A stretch of 64,000 nucleotides of DNA from Piromyces finnis finn (taxonomy: Eukaryota; Fungi; Neocallimastigomycota). Position 1 is the first letter of the stretch. Every line of letters starts with the position of its first letter. Under the pieces are notes generated by a model. The model was given only the letters and a program-made list of their open reading frames with translations. It searched no databases and had not been told where the DNA came from. Of this stretch, positions 27,141-41,000 are shown piece after piece. Location: the NCBI GenBank assembly GCA_002104945.1, contig MCFH01000077.1, positions 152,874 through 216,873 on the forward strand, read 5' to 3'. Both the position numbers and the translations under genes were made by a program.

Positions 27141-30100
27141 TTAAGAATGAACTTCGTCCCTTGAAGTTCCTAAAGATTCCTCTCTTATTGTGTAGGGATA
27201 GATGTTTTTGATATGAACGTTTCTTGCTAATAGTTTTCCGGTTTGTGGGTCTTCTAAAACGACAGTATTGTATTGTGGTTTCTTTACAACTTTGAATGGT
27301 CCATAAAAATAGGGTTGCAGTTTAGTTCTATTGATTAATTTTATCATTACGTAATCTCCTTCTTTATATTTCTTTTTAAGTGCTTTGGAAAATCCAATTC
27401 GATGTTCCCAGTATTTATTTGCGTAATCAGAGTATTCCATTGCTTCTTTTACCCATTTGTAGTGTCTTAAAAATCTTCTAAAATTGTACTCTTCTTCAGT
27501 TTCTTGTGGTTCTTTATATAAGTCTGGAAACATAATTTCCATAGGCCACGTATCTCGTCTTCCATATAATAATTCGAAGCTACTAAACTTTGTTTTAGTG
27601 CTTTTTGTGGTTCTTAGTGCCCATAATACTGATGGTAGGCACTCATCCCAATCCTGTTCATCTTCTATTAACATTCTTAATATCTTACCTATTTCCCGAT
27701 TGCGATTTTCTATCATTCCATTTGAAGGTGGGTGATGTGGTGATACATAGTGCACCCATGATCCGTATAAATCTATCATCATCTTAGTTACGTCCGAAAT
27801 AAAAGAACTTCCATTATCAGTTATTATTAATTCTGGTGGACCATGTCGAGATATTACTTCTGTTAAAAATTTAATAATTTCTTCTGATTTAGTATTTGGG
27901 ATTGCTTTGGCTTCAGGCCATTTTGTGAAATAATCTACTAAAGTTATTATGTAACTATTACCTGATCTGGTAGTTGGAAGTGGACCGATTATATCTAGTC
28001 CAACTCTTGTAAATGGTTTTTCCACTGGTGTGATATGGTCTTCTGTATATTTTGGTTGTGGTTTTGGTCTGAAGAGTTGACATTTCCTGCATGATTTTAT
28101 CCACATTTTTACATCGTTCCATATTCCAGGCCAATAATACGAATCCATAATTCTTCTAGTAGTTTTATCTGAACCTTCATGTCCTATGTTGTGTGCTCTG
28201 TTTATAATGTCTTTTTTATCACTCTCATTCTGTATAACTTTCAAAAACTTATCGTCTTTTACAAAATATAATGTATTGTCTAAAACTTTATAATTTTTAT
28301 TAAAATATTTAATTATACCTTCTGGGATATCTAAATCTTTTGGATTAATGTCATTCAAGATAGCGTTGATACTATTTATAATACCTTCATTTCCTTTTGA
28401 TGGTAGTCTTGATAAGGCATCTGCAAATACATTTCTTTTTCCTTTTTCGTATTTTATTGAAATATTGTATTTATTTATTTCTTCTATCCATCTTGCAATT
28501 CTTCCTTTAGTTGGTACATTTTTGTTGAAAAATCCAATTAATGGTTTGTGGTCAGTGATGAAAATGGTTTCATTTTTATTACTAATAATATATGGACTAA
28601 ACTTTTTTAAACAGTAAATTAAAGCTAAACCCTCTAATTCTGTTACTGAATAATTTTCTTCACATGGCTTTAAAGACCTGCTTACACAATAAATTGGATG
28701 TTCCAATTTATCTTCCTCCATTTGCAAAAGAACACCCCCGATACCTTTAGTTGAAGCGTCTGTTCTGACTATAAAATGTTTATTGAAATCTGGATAAATT
28801 AAAATAGGATCCACTAATAGGCAGTGTCTTAAATCTTCAAATGCGTTGTTACATTCTTCTGTCCATATGTAATCTACATTTTTCTTGAGGAGTTTAAATA
28901 GAGGACTGGCTCTTATTGAAAAGTTTTTAATGAATTTTCTATAGTAGCTAACAATACCTAAGAAGGATCTAAGTTCTGAGATGTTTCTTGGTTTTTCCCA
29001 TAGGGCAATACTTTGGACTTTGGATGGCGATGTTTTCAAACCTTCTGAAGTTAATACATGACCTAATACTTCTACTTTATCTTTAAAAAAAATGACACTT
29101 TTGAAGGTTAATAGATAAATTATATGTAGAAAATATTTCGAATACCTGTTTTAAATGACAAATGTGTTCTTTTAGATTTTTGGAATATATTACTATATCA
29201 TCAATATAAACAAATAAACATTTGCCAATTAAGGGCAAAAGTATTCTGTTCATTTCTCTTTGGAATGATGCCGGTGCATTGGTTAGACCAAAGGGCATCA
29301 CTAAGAAATTGTAGTTCCCGAATTTAGTTGTGAAGGCTGTTTTCTCGATGTCTTCCTTATTCATAGGTATTTGATGATACCCTGAAAATAGATCTAATGC
29401 AGAGAATATTTTCGCACCTTTTACTGAAGAGAAAAGTTCATCTATAAATGGGAGTGCATAGGAATCTTTTATGGTAATGTTGTTTAGTTTCCTGTAATCT
29501 ATGCACATTCTCCATTTTCCATTCTTTTTCTTAACTAGTAGAACTGGAAATGACCATGGCGAGTGCGATGGCTCAATCAATCCTTTGTCTAATTGTAATG
29601 AGGTATATCTAATGATAAGGGTTAGACTAGAAAATCATTAAGGTTAGATTAATGAAAATTTCATAATTATATTTTTATAACCAATCATTAAGTAATTAAT
29701 TCACTTATCAAATTGTATTAAAAAAAATAATTTTCATGTATAAAAGAGAGAATAAGAAAGATAAAATAGTTCTTTAGTGTTTTTATTAATAATTAATAAA
29801 AATTAGTTTTTTTTTGTTTCGTCTTTAGTTTGATAATACACTGACCTAGCGAGTTAGTCGTATTATAATAATAAATTTAATAAATAAACATTATTAAAAA
29901 AATACATATATATTTGATACATTAGAGTGTGTGTGTTTATTATTATAATATTTCGTTACACTAATAAAGATATTATTTCCTTTTTTAATATATCTGAATG
30001 ATCTTTCGAAAGTTTGTATGGCTTTAATTTTATAGGTTTGTTCGAAGTGGTGGTAATAGTATGTGGTTCCAATTTTGCGATTGTTAATTGTGATAATGAA

Positions 30101-31377
30101 GTAGCCATACACTTTTGATTGTTTATGATAAGTTCTTTGAATTCTTTCCGTACTGGGTTAGGTACACTTTCAATTATTTCTTCTATGGTTTGTTGAAATT
30201 CTTTTTCTTCTTCTTTCGTTACTATAACCGAGTTTAATAGTGGTGTATTTTGTCTATTATTTATTATATTTGTTATCTTTATTAAACCTTCTTCGCTCTT
30301 TTTATAGATTGCATCATCATCAGGGTCTATTAATAATCTATATTTCTTTTGAATTGTTCTTCCAATGATTATTTCATAAAAGGTATTATAATAATCAATA
30401 ATATAAAAATTCTCTTTAATATTTAAATTATTATCTATACTTATTTTTAATGGTATATATTTATTCGTAAAGATTATAGTTCCATCCGCTAGTTTTATTG
30501 TTAATTCTTCTTCTGTACTACAGATGTTTATATTTTTAATTTTACTTAATCCTTCTTTTGTAATAATGTTTACATTAGCACCAGTGTCAAATAATATTTT
30601 AAATGGTACGTTATTGATTTCCCCTATAATTATTGGAATATTAGTGTTGGTGATATTGCAAATAATTCTTTCTACTCTTGGTTTTAGTCCTATTTCTAAT
30701 TCTTTTCTAATTGCTGGGCTGGCTGCTAATAATTGTGATAAACTTATTTTTGGAAATAGGTTATAAGCTTCCTTTAATATATTGAACTTTTGATTTTTAT
30801 TAAGCATTTGGATTTCTGTCATATTCCTCTTAGTTATCATTTTTTTACTATTATTTTCTATATTATTTGGTGTTTCCATAATAGTTTCTTTTTGCTTAAG
30901 AGTTTTTGAAGTTTCTTCTATTTTATTAATCTTTGTATTTCCATCATCTTCATTATTTTCCTCCTTTCTATTAATGTTTCCTTTATTGCCTCCATTATTT
31001 TTATTGTTTTCCTCATTTATTTTATTTTCATTAGTTTTGTTACTTTTATTATTTTTGTTGTCATTTTCTTCTCTGCTTTCTTCAACATAGCTTATTTCAT
31101 TTTGGTTATCATTATTGTATTCATTATATTCACTTTCTTCTTCTGAGTCGATATCCATTATTCTTCTTCTTCTATCTCTGATTTCTTTCTTCTTTTGCTT
31201 TAATATATTAATTTTTGGTTGGTTCAAAATGGAAGGTTTTATTATTGACTTATTAGTATTATTTATTTTATTTTTATCTAATAGTTTAATAGATGTGTTT
31301 TTATTTTTGTGAAGCACATTTATTGTATTTAGATTTTGATTTGGACGTGCAATTTTGTTTATATAGGGAGATTGCAT
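27141..31377 (-). pseudogene. Pol (PR-RT-RNaseH-IN) of element I, interrupted
   Basis: LFDTGAN protease, CIDYRKLN/YIDDIVIYS RT, VRTDASTKG RNase H, HNIGH/CRKC and YFYGPF integrase. It is interrupted at 29594-29960 and frameshifted at about 29085. Confidence 0.95.
29594..29960. mobile_element. Solo LTR (367 bp) nested in pol of element I
   Basis: TGTAA...TTACA termini and a 5-bp TSD CTAAT (29589-29593 and 29961-29965). Removing it restores KEIISLL-DKGLIEPSHSPW. Confidence 0.93.
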
Positions 31378-31388
31378 ACTCCCATCAA

Positions 31389-32536
31389 TTAGTTTAAATA
31401 ATTTTCTTCATCATAACTTTCAGGACATTCGAAGTCTTGATGACCAATACGTAAGCAATTTGCACAGAAGTTTATCTTAAGTTCTGACAATTTTTGCGTT
31501 AACTCTTGAATTTCGTCGTTGTTGTCAGCATTATTTTTAAGTATATTTCTTCTTTTTTCCATTCTGTTATTGAATTGATTTCTATTATAATAATTACTTC
31601 TTTGTTCATTATTAATTATCTTATTATTGTAATTATTATTTAAATTATCATTGTTGTTGTTATTTTGATAATATTTATTATAACCGTTTTTATTGTTAGG
31701 ATAATCATAATTTGGTATATTATTATAAATTCTGTAATTTGGATTATTATTTGGATTATTGAAGTTAGAGACATATCTGTTACTATTATTATAATTTCTA
31801 TATATGTTGTGATTATTATTGTACATCTTCTTAATTCTATCATTGTTGTCACTTGTATTTGGTAGTAAATAAGATGTACTAGTTTTATTCTTTGTGTTGT
31901 ACATAATTTCACTATGATCTGTATTTTCTTGAAATTTGCTAAACTTATTTAATTTATTGAATTTTTCTTTGTTTGTTCCAGAGGGTATTGCCTTTCCTTT
32001 ATTTTCTTTCATTAGGTTCATTATCTTCTCTTTCTTCGAAGTTATCTTCATGGCGTCTTCTAGGGTTGTTGGTTCTTCTTCCATAAGATTTTCATATATT
32101 TTTTCCCAGTTCCTGAAAGCATTAATATAATAAGACGTTATAATTAATTCTGATAATGTGACGGTTTTATTTATTTGATTTAATAATTCCGTGAATCTTA
32201 AATCAAATTCAGAGATACTTTCATCTTTTTTATTGTAATAGAAGAGAGTTCTAAGATTTTTGAATTCTTGGAGGATGTTTTCTTGTAATGTTTACTGAGA
32301 TTCTTTAAAATTGTCTCATAGTTATCTGGACTGCTTTTGTTTAAGGAATTATATACAATTGTTCTGGCCACATTCGCAGTTATTGCTAGTAAATAATCAA
32401 TTTTTTCTGCTTCTTCAATGATTTTGAATGTAGAACACCAATGGTCAAAGGAGAATTTCCATGAGTCAAAAGATATATTTGATTCGCCTAATATAGGTAA
32501 TCTATTGAAAGTAATAATTTTTGTCTGGTTGTCCAT
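31389..32536 (-). pseudogene. Gag of element I (one frameshift), CCHC knuckle
   Basis: MDNQTKIITFNRLPILG...; CANCLRIGHQDFEC; the frame breaks in an A-run near 32205. Confidence 0.88.
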
Positions 32537-33218
32537 TTTCTGTACTATTATTATGTTATTTCTTATATATTTTATATTTAAATAATTTCCTATTTTATTA
32601 ATTATTATTATTTCTTATTTTTGTTTATTAATTAATTATTGTTGATATTATTGATAATAATTATTGTCTATACTATTATTAAATGATAAATTTTTATTAT
32701 AATTTATTATTATTATCTTAGAATATTATCGTCAAATATTTGTATTTTTAATATTATTACTAATTATTATTAATTATTACTAATTATTAATCATTAATTA
32801 TTTATTATTTATTATTTATCCTTTTATATTTATTATTATTATTATTCAATGTTTAGTAATATCATTATTTGTGATATGTTATTTACTAGTGTTTTAACTA
32901 TTTTATTTATGATTATATATTTCAATTTATATATATATATATATTTATATTTTTTTTTATATTTTTATTACTTTAATATATCTTGCATAATATAATTTAT
33001 TTTATTGTTAATTTTAATTTAATTATTATATCAAGTCACATAACAATTTATATATTTAAAATATTATTTATTATTATTTGTATATTTTATATTCAATTGC
33101 TCGATTGATGTATATAAATCACTTTATGTAAATGTATTTATATAATTTCATATGTTTTATTATAATTGTTATTAAATATTATTATTCACTATTAATATAT
33201 ATTTTATTCAATAACATA

Positions 33219-33249
<31 letters not shown>

Positions 33250-33310
33250 GTTTTATATATATATAAATATATGAAGTAAATATTAATACTTAGCTTCACC
33301 GGCCTTTAAA

Positions 33311-33323
33311 GGATTCTCCACCA
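33311..33323 (-). promoter_or_regulatory. PBS of element I, complementary to a tRNA-Ala 3' end
   Basis: The minus strand reads TGGTGGAGAATCC 4 nt after the 5' LTR. The implied tRNA end ...AUUCUCC-A-CCA has U70 and A73, the Ala identity elements. Confidence 0.8.
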
Positions 33324-33926
33324 AATTTGATAAGTGTTTAATATTATCTTAATTTATAATTAAATAATTATAAAAGTGATAATATTCTTATCAATTTATA
33401 TAAAAAAAAAAAGAATTAAAATAAATTTTTATTATAAAGTTATTTGAAATATTTTAATTCGACATAACGATTATTAACAAAATATAAAAGTTATGTTTTA
33501 AAAACACAATTTTAAAATATATTTTTGAATCAACTCTTTATTTAATACATTTATTAAAAGTATTGATTGATTTTTAAATTAGGAAATAATTACATGTATT
33601 TATAATTTTCTTTCTGTTTTAACTTTTTAAAATAAAATATTAATATGTTTTAAAATAATAATGAATAATAAATAAAAGAAACAATTTATTTTAAAGTAAT
33701 TAATTTAATTAATATAACCCTATTTTACTATTTAAAATGTTATTTATACTATGTTTATTTTATAACAAAAATATAATTTAAACTGAGTTTTAATAAATAA
33801 TTTTTATACTTTTAATTAAACATTTAAATATTATTATTATTTATTATTTATTTTTAAGTTGTTTTGAGGGTTAGTTTATATCAAGATTATAATTTCATAT
33901 TTATTAATTCCAATTTATATCAAAAA

Positions 33927-35312
33927 TGATATAATTTGATAATAATCTTAATTTTGAATTTTACTTCAAAAAGTGATTATTATATTATATCTTTTGTTAT
34001 AACTATATAAGTTATATTGATTAAGATTTAAAATCGTTTTTATAAAAATTAATAAAATTGTTTTGTTAAAACACTAAATTGTTTTATTAGAAACACTTGT
34101 TTTTCTAATATTTAAATATTTAAAATTTTATTTATTTAAGTATAAAAGTGATTATTAAAATTATAAAATATTAATCTAACTATATAATATTTCTTTATTA
34201 ATAATAATAATTATGATTAAAATAAGAATATTTACATGTATTTATATTTTCTTTTGAATTTAAACTATTTACATTAAAACAATAAAATTAATAACTATTT
34301 ACAATAAAAGTAATAAAAGTAATTAGAAATAACAATAAAAGAAATAATTAAAAGTTAAAGAATATAAAAAGTTGTTTATTTTACAATTAATTAAAGTAAT
34401 AATTATTTTTAGTATTTTAATAAAAGTGTTTAATTATATTATTTTATAACATGAATTATTATATTTGTTTACTTTTAAAGTGTAATTTACTAACGAAGTT
34501 ATTAAACATTTAATTTAACAATTAATTTAACAAAAGTTATATATTTTGATCTCGATTAATTAAAGTTTATTATTTTCTTTCAATAATCAAAATATATGCA
34601 GTGTTAAGGATTAATTTTATTTTAAAATTTTGGTAAACTATAACTTATTTTAAGTTACTTTTTAGGGTTAACTTAAAATGTAAAAGTTTTACTAAACTTA
34701 TGATTTAATATTAAAATATTAAATTAAATAAAAGATTAAAAGATAAATAGGTTAGAAAAAATGTTTTAGTAAAATAATCTTAATTGTTTTATAAGCGAAT
34801 AATTAAATTATATATTGTGATTAAAATAATTTCTTTTTATTTTGTTTAAATAAAATATTAATAAAGAATATAATAATAAAATTATTTAATAGCAATACTT
34901 ATTAAGTATTGATTATTGTTAATAATCTTTACAAAGATTTTAATTCCATAAACTATTCTAAACTATTTATACTATTTGTAATTTTACATTTAATAATAAA
35001 ATAACTTTTCAATACATGATTATATTCATAATATATTTTATAATACTAAAACTATACATTAATTATTATTATAGTTACTAATTTACTTTAATACTAACGC
35101 TAAAGTATTTAACGTTAGTTTTAACTATACTATTTAACTATATTAGTTTATTTTCTTTACCACTTGATTGGGTAAAGCAAATAAACTTCCTATTTAATTA
35201 ATAACCATTAATATATGGTTATACATATATCTGGCCAATAAATGGGGACCAGAATATATGGTTTCAATTGAAATATTTGTGGGCAAACTTATGGCCACAA
35301 ATATTTCTTACA
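33927..35312. mobile_element. H-type LTR (33927 to about 34680) fused to a K-type LTR segment ending TCTTACA at 35312
   Basis: The first part matches 36458-37269. The second part is the reverse complement of about 15040-15410. Confidence 0.7.
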
Positions 35313-35313
35313 A

Positions 35314-36452
35314 TGATGCGTTGACCGATATATTTGTGAATAATATAATGTTTTTAATAAATAATAAATTCTATATTATAATGATGAAACAATAAATTTA
35401 AAATAAAATAAAATATGTTTTATAATTAACAAATAAATCACTCAAAACTCGAAAATAAACTCTTATTATGTTTTAAATTAAATCTTTATTATATTTTATA
35501 ATTTATTTATTATCTGTTTATGGTCTTTTTATTCTCTATTTATTGTCCGCCTTTATAAAGAAGAATTTTATCTTCCTTTTATACATTTTCATTTATTACA
35601 TGTATTATTATTTTTAACTATTAAATGTTATTATTACTATTGTTATTATTTATTAAAATTAAAATAAATTAAAATTATGTCTTAGTATTATAAAATATTA
35701 TAGAATATTACTTATTTGATTTTCTTATTACTTCAAAATGTTTAAATTTAGAAAAATTATTATAAATTATCATTGACTATCATTAAATGTATAATACCTT
35801 GAATAAAATAATTAAAATTTAAAATTAAAATAATATTAAAATAAAATTAAAATAAAATTAAAATAAAAATTTAACAAAATTAAAATATTAAAAGTATCAA
35901 TTATTATAAACACTCATTTTATACAGAAACATAAAAGAGTTCTGTATTTTATCTTTGGAATTGTTATTATTGTTCTATTTCCAGGTTTTAAGTTTATCAT
36001 TTTAGTAATAATTACTCAATTAGTTATTTTTTTAATTTATAAGTTTAAGAGTATTTCTAAAGAACACTTGGATAAACACTAGAATTAATAATTTGATGTA
36101 TATCATTTTATTTTTAGTTTATTTATTCATTTTTATTTATTTATTATTATTTTATTATTTTAGTACATTATTGGATTAAGTCGTTTTATTTTATTTAATA
36201 ATTTATTTTATTTAATAATTTATTTTATTTAATAATTTATTTTATTATTATCACTATTAGGTCGTTTTTACTCAGAATTTATTATATAATAAAGATAATA
36301 TTATTTATTTAAAGAAAGGGTTATATTTTCATAAAATTATTATTCATTCATCTTTAAGGGTTATTATTGTTTATTTTTATTATAAGTTACTATGGGTTAA
36401 GTCGTGTTTATTCAGCTAGTTTTTATCATGTTTTTATGTGAGTAGCGTATCA
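35314..36452. mobile_element. Solo LTR, family D (copy 2)
   Basis: Similar to 22818-23957 and flanked by ACAA on both sides (35310-35313 and 36453-36456). Confidence 0.85.
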
Positions 36453-36457
36453 ACAAA

Positions 36458-37269
36458 TGATATAATTTGATAATAATCTTAATTTTGAATTTTACTTCAA
36501 AAAGTGATTATTATATTATATCTTTTGTTATAACTATATAAGTTATATTGATTAAGATTTAAAATCGTTTTTATAAAAATTAATAAAATTGTTTTGTTAA
36601 AACACTAAATTGTTTTATTAGAAACACTTGTTTTTCTAATATTTAAATATTTAAAATTTTTATTTATTTAAGTATAAAAGTGATTATTAAAATTATAAAA
36701 TATTAATCTAACTATATAATATTTCTTTATTAATAATAATAATAATGATTAAAATAAGAATATTTACATGTATTTATATTTTCTTTTAGATTTAAACTAT
36801 TTACATTAAAACAATAAAATTAATAACTATTTACAATAAAAGCAATAAAAGTAATTAGAAATAACAATAAAAGAAATAATTAAAAGTTAAAGAATATAAA
36901 AAGTTGTTTATTTTACAATTAATTAAAGTAATAATTATTTTTAGTATTTTAATAAAAGTGTTTAATTATATTATTTTATAACATGAATTATTATATTTGT
37001 TTACTTTTAAAGTGTAATTTACTAACGAAGTTATTAAACATTTAATTTAACAATTAATTTAACAAAAGTTATATATTTTGATCTCGATTAATTAAAGTTT
37101 ATTATTTTCTTTCAATAATCAAAACATATGCAGTGTTTAGGATTAATTTTATTTAAGAATTTTGGTAAAGTACTTAATTAAACTATAACTTATTTTAAGT
37201 TACTTTTAGGGTTAACTTAAAAATCAGATTTAATAATAATTTTATATTTATTAATTTCATTATTTATCA
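36458..37269 (-). mobile_element. Solo LTR, H-type
   Basis: TGATATAATTTG...TTCATTATTTATCA. Its 3' end matches the LTR adjoining element H at 15932. Further copies lie at 33927 and 61166. Confidence 0.85.
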
Positions 37270-38005
37270 AAATGTTACGGTTCGAGGAATTTACTTTTAT
37301 TTATAAAATATTAATAAATTTATTAATACTCAAAAATAATATTAAAATGAAATAAGAAAAATTGTTTTATTAATAAAATTGTTTTATTAAGATATTAATA
37401 TAAATTTATAAAATAAAATAAAAAAAAAAATAAAAATATCTGTATATTCTCTAATTCTTATAATATACACCTTTTTATACTTTTTGTAAAAAATTAAGTA
37501 GTGTTAATTAAAAGAATTAGTCTTTAATTATTTACATAATTTTAGTATTTAAATTACTTTTAAATGAATAATAAAATTACATTACTATTATAATAAATAT
37601 TTATACATATTATTAAATTGATTAACATACATTAAAAGTTTACTTTAAATATATTTAACTAAAAAATTTTACTATTTTACAGAAATATTATTCATAATTT
37701 TAATTAATAAAAATTCATTAACTTGATAAATTAAACTAAAAGTTCAATAAACTATAATTTTCAATATATTATTATTACTAAATTAATTTTTAAGTTTAAT
37801 AAAATAAAATTTAAGTTCAATAAAAAATAATTATTAATAATTTTAAATATAATTTAAGTGTATACATTAATTTACAAATAAGAATATTGTAAAGTTTTCA
37901 TACATTTAGGAACAATAATGAATGGATTAGGTCATAATCATTAATTATGACAAGAATAACATTATTTGTTGGTTCCTTAACAAGTGCCCCCACGAAGACT
38001 CTTGC

Positions 38006-41000
38006 TTACGCAAAAGCAGAGTTAAACTTTACAATATTCTTAAGATGAACATTTCGGTTCATCTGAATTCCAGTGGATATATCAGCTAAAGTAACAGTAT
38101 TGAATTGTTTCTTGACAACTTTGAGTGGTCCAACGAAATAAGGCTCTAACTTCGTTCGATTAAAATTTCTAACTAATACTAGATCACCGATATGGATATT
38201 TTTGCCCTTAGTCATACTTTGTTTTTCTTCCCTTCTAGTAGCCCAGTATTTATTCGCATTTTTAATATTTTCACAAGCTTCCAACGTCCACCTGTAATGA
38301 TTAATAAACTTCTCAAGTAAGATTTCATCCGAAGACTGATTAATACCCTTAGTAGGTCTGGCGGCAATATCAAAGGGTTGCTGATCTTCTCTTCCATAAA
38401 CCAATTCAAAACTAGAATGGTTTGTGACAGTATTTTTAGTAGTTCTGAGCGCCCAAAGAGCAGAAGGCAAAATTTCATCCCAATCCTTGTTTTCTTTTCC
38501 AAGCAGTCTTAGAAGCTTTCCAATTTCTTTGTTTCTATTTTCAGTCAAACCATTACTTTCAGGATGATAAGTTGAGACAAACTTGACATAGACATCATAT
38601 AAGTCCAGGAAAACTTTGGTCATATCTGAGGTAAATTGGACACCGTTATCGGTTGTAATGACTTGTGGTACTCCATGCCGAGAGAAAACATTGATTAAAA
38701 ATTTTATGACATCCTTTGAAGTGATATTTTCGGTGGGTTCTGCTTCGACCCATTTTGTGAAATGATCCACTGCAACTATAATATATTGGTTATTGTTACG
38801 AGTTTTTACCAATGGACCAATGATATCTAAACCCAGATGAGTGAAAGGAGCTTCAACCTCAGTTGGAAGATTTTCCGTAGGTTCTGGATATGGTTGAGGG
38901 CGATTAAGTTGGCATTTTTCACATTTGGCTACAACTCTTCGAATATCATTAACCATGTCGTTCCAATAATAGCTTTTTCTCAGACGTTGATAAGTTTTAT
39001 AATATCCTTCATGTCCAATGTTATGAGCTTCCAAAATCAATTTCAGCTTTTCATTGGTTTCCGTGATCAGTTTTCGATAATTCCTTCCATCAATAAAGTA
39101 ATCCACCCCATCTATTTTGGTGAACTTTTCTTCAACAAATTCTTTAATTACCTTAGATAGCATGGTTTCTTCTATACCTTTATTAATTTTAGTAGCTAAC
39201 ACTTCCTTATCTTTGTCATTTCTCATTCGAGACAGTGCATCTGCTACAACATTCTTTTTACCTTGTTCATAACGAATATCAACTCCTAGCATACTAGCTG
39301 TTAAACACCATCTTGTTTGTCTTGCATTGTTTGGCTCCTTATTTTTAAATAATCCAATTAATGGTTTATGATCAGTATAGACGATAGTCTTGAATGGACT
39401 TCCCATTATATAAGGCTTTAATTTAGTAATGCAGTAAAATAAGGCAGTCCCTTCCAAGTCAGTAATTCCATAATTTTTTTCTGCTTTCGTCAGACTTCGG
39501 CTAATATAATGAATTGGATGTTCAATATCTGTGCCTTCCTTTTGTAATAATACTCCTCCGATTCCTTCATACGATGCATCTGTTCGGATTATAAATTCTT
39601 TCTCAAAATCAGGGAATTTCAGAATAGGCGCATTAATTAACTTTTCTTTCAATATAATAAAACTCTCTTGTTGTTCATTACACCATTTGAAAGGAACACC
39701 TTTTCTAAGCAGCTTACACAAGGGAGCAGTAAGTTTAGCATAATTAGGAATAAAATCTCTATAATATCCAATTGAACCTAGGAATGATCTTAATTCATGG
39801 ATATTCGAAGGAGGTTTCCAATTTTTTATAGCTTGGATTTTGTTATCTAATGGTTTAAGACCTTCTGTAGTTAAACGATGGCCTAACACGTCAACTTCAG
39901 TTTGCATAAAATGACATTTTTCAATATTGATTTTTAGTTTGTTTTCCCGGAAAATTGCTAAAACTTGATTTATATGTTCAATATGTTCTTCAATACTCTT
40001 TGAATAGATCAGAATATCATCAATGAAGTTATAAACACACTTTCCAATTAACGGAAACAGAATCCGATTCATCTCCCTCTGAAATGTAGCGGGTGCTCCA
40101 GTGAGACCAAAAGGCATAACCTTGAATTGGTAATTTCCAAACTTAGTTGTAAAACTTGTCAATTCAACGCTTTCTTCATCCATAAGGATTTGATGATAGC
40201 CGGAATATAAGTCCATAGTAGTGAATATAGTTGCACCATGTAAACTATCAAATATCTCATCTATAAAAGGAATTGAATAGGCATCCTTTTCAGACAAATC
40301 ATTAACTCTTCGATAGTCCACGCACATTCTCCATTTCCCATTATGCTTCGGGACCAAAACCACCGGAGAAGACCATTCCGAGTACGATGGCTCAATTAGC
40401 TTTTTATTAATCAATTTAGACAATTCTTCCTTAAGTATATCAGATTTGAACTTGGCTAACCTATATGATCTTTGTTTAATTGGCTTTGCTCCTGGCTTTA
40501 AATTAATCTTATGGGGAGTTAAATTCGAAGGTGTTAGTTCTTCAGAAGAAGTAGCAATAATTTCAATATTCTCTTCCAATATCCGAACAATTTGTTCTCG
40601 ATACTTTTCATTAAGAGTCTCAGTAAAATTTTTATTGTGAATATATTCTGAAGGTGGTAAACCTTCAATATTTTTCAAATCACTTTTAAAATCTTCATCA
40701 CCGACTCTACGTATCATACACATAATCTTTTCTTCATCATCATATTTGTTATTAATTGGAGCAATATCTTCAATAAATCCATTTGAATTAAATCTGCAAA
40801 GACTATAGCGAAGTGGGTGGATAAATAAGTTGTTATCCATTTGGGTTTTCAAATTAATTAACATATCATAAAAGGGGTCTTCTTTATCCACCACTCTAAA
40901 ATCAGCAGTGATTGTAAGATCATTTATCTGGACCGGTACTCTAATAATTATGCCTTCCGAATAGTCATCATTTTTAGTAGCTAAACGTATTCTTCTACAA

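Larger units (their letters stand above)
26534..33922 (-). mobile_element. Full-length but disrupted Ty3/gypsy element I
   Basis: Near-identical LTRs at 26534-27127 and 33328-33922, 4-bp TSD AAAA, PPT AAAGAAGGGAG, tRNA-Ala PBS. gag (split 32536-32198 / 32084-31389) and pol (31377-27141) are broken by a nested solo LTR and A-run frameshifts. Confidence 0.95.

Noticed and set aside
29075-29100. Frame breaks in A-runs of element I (about 29085 and 32205) as programmed frameshifts
   Set aside because: The homologous regions in B and H are continuous. They are more likely homopolymer mutations or sequencing errors.
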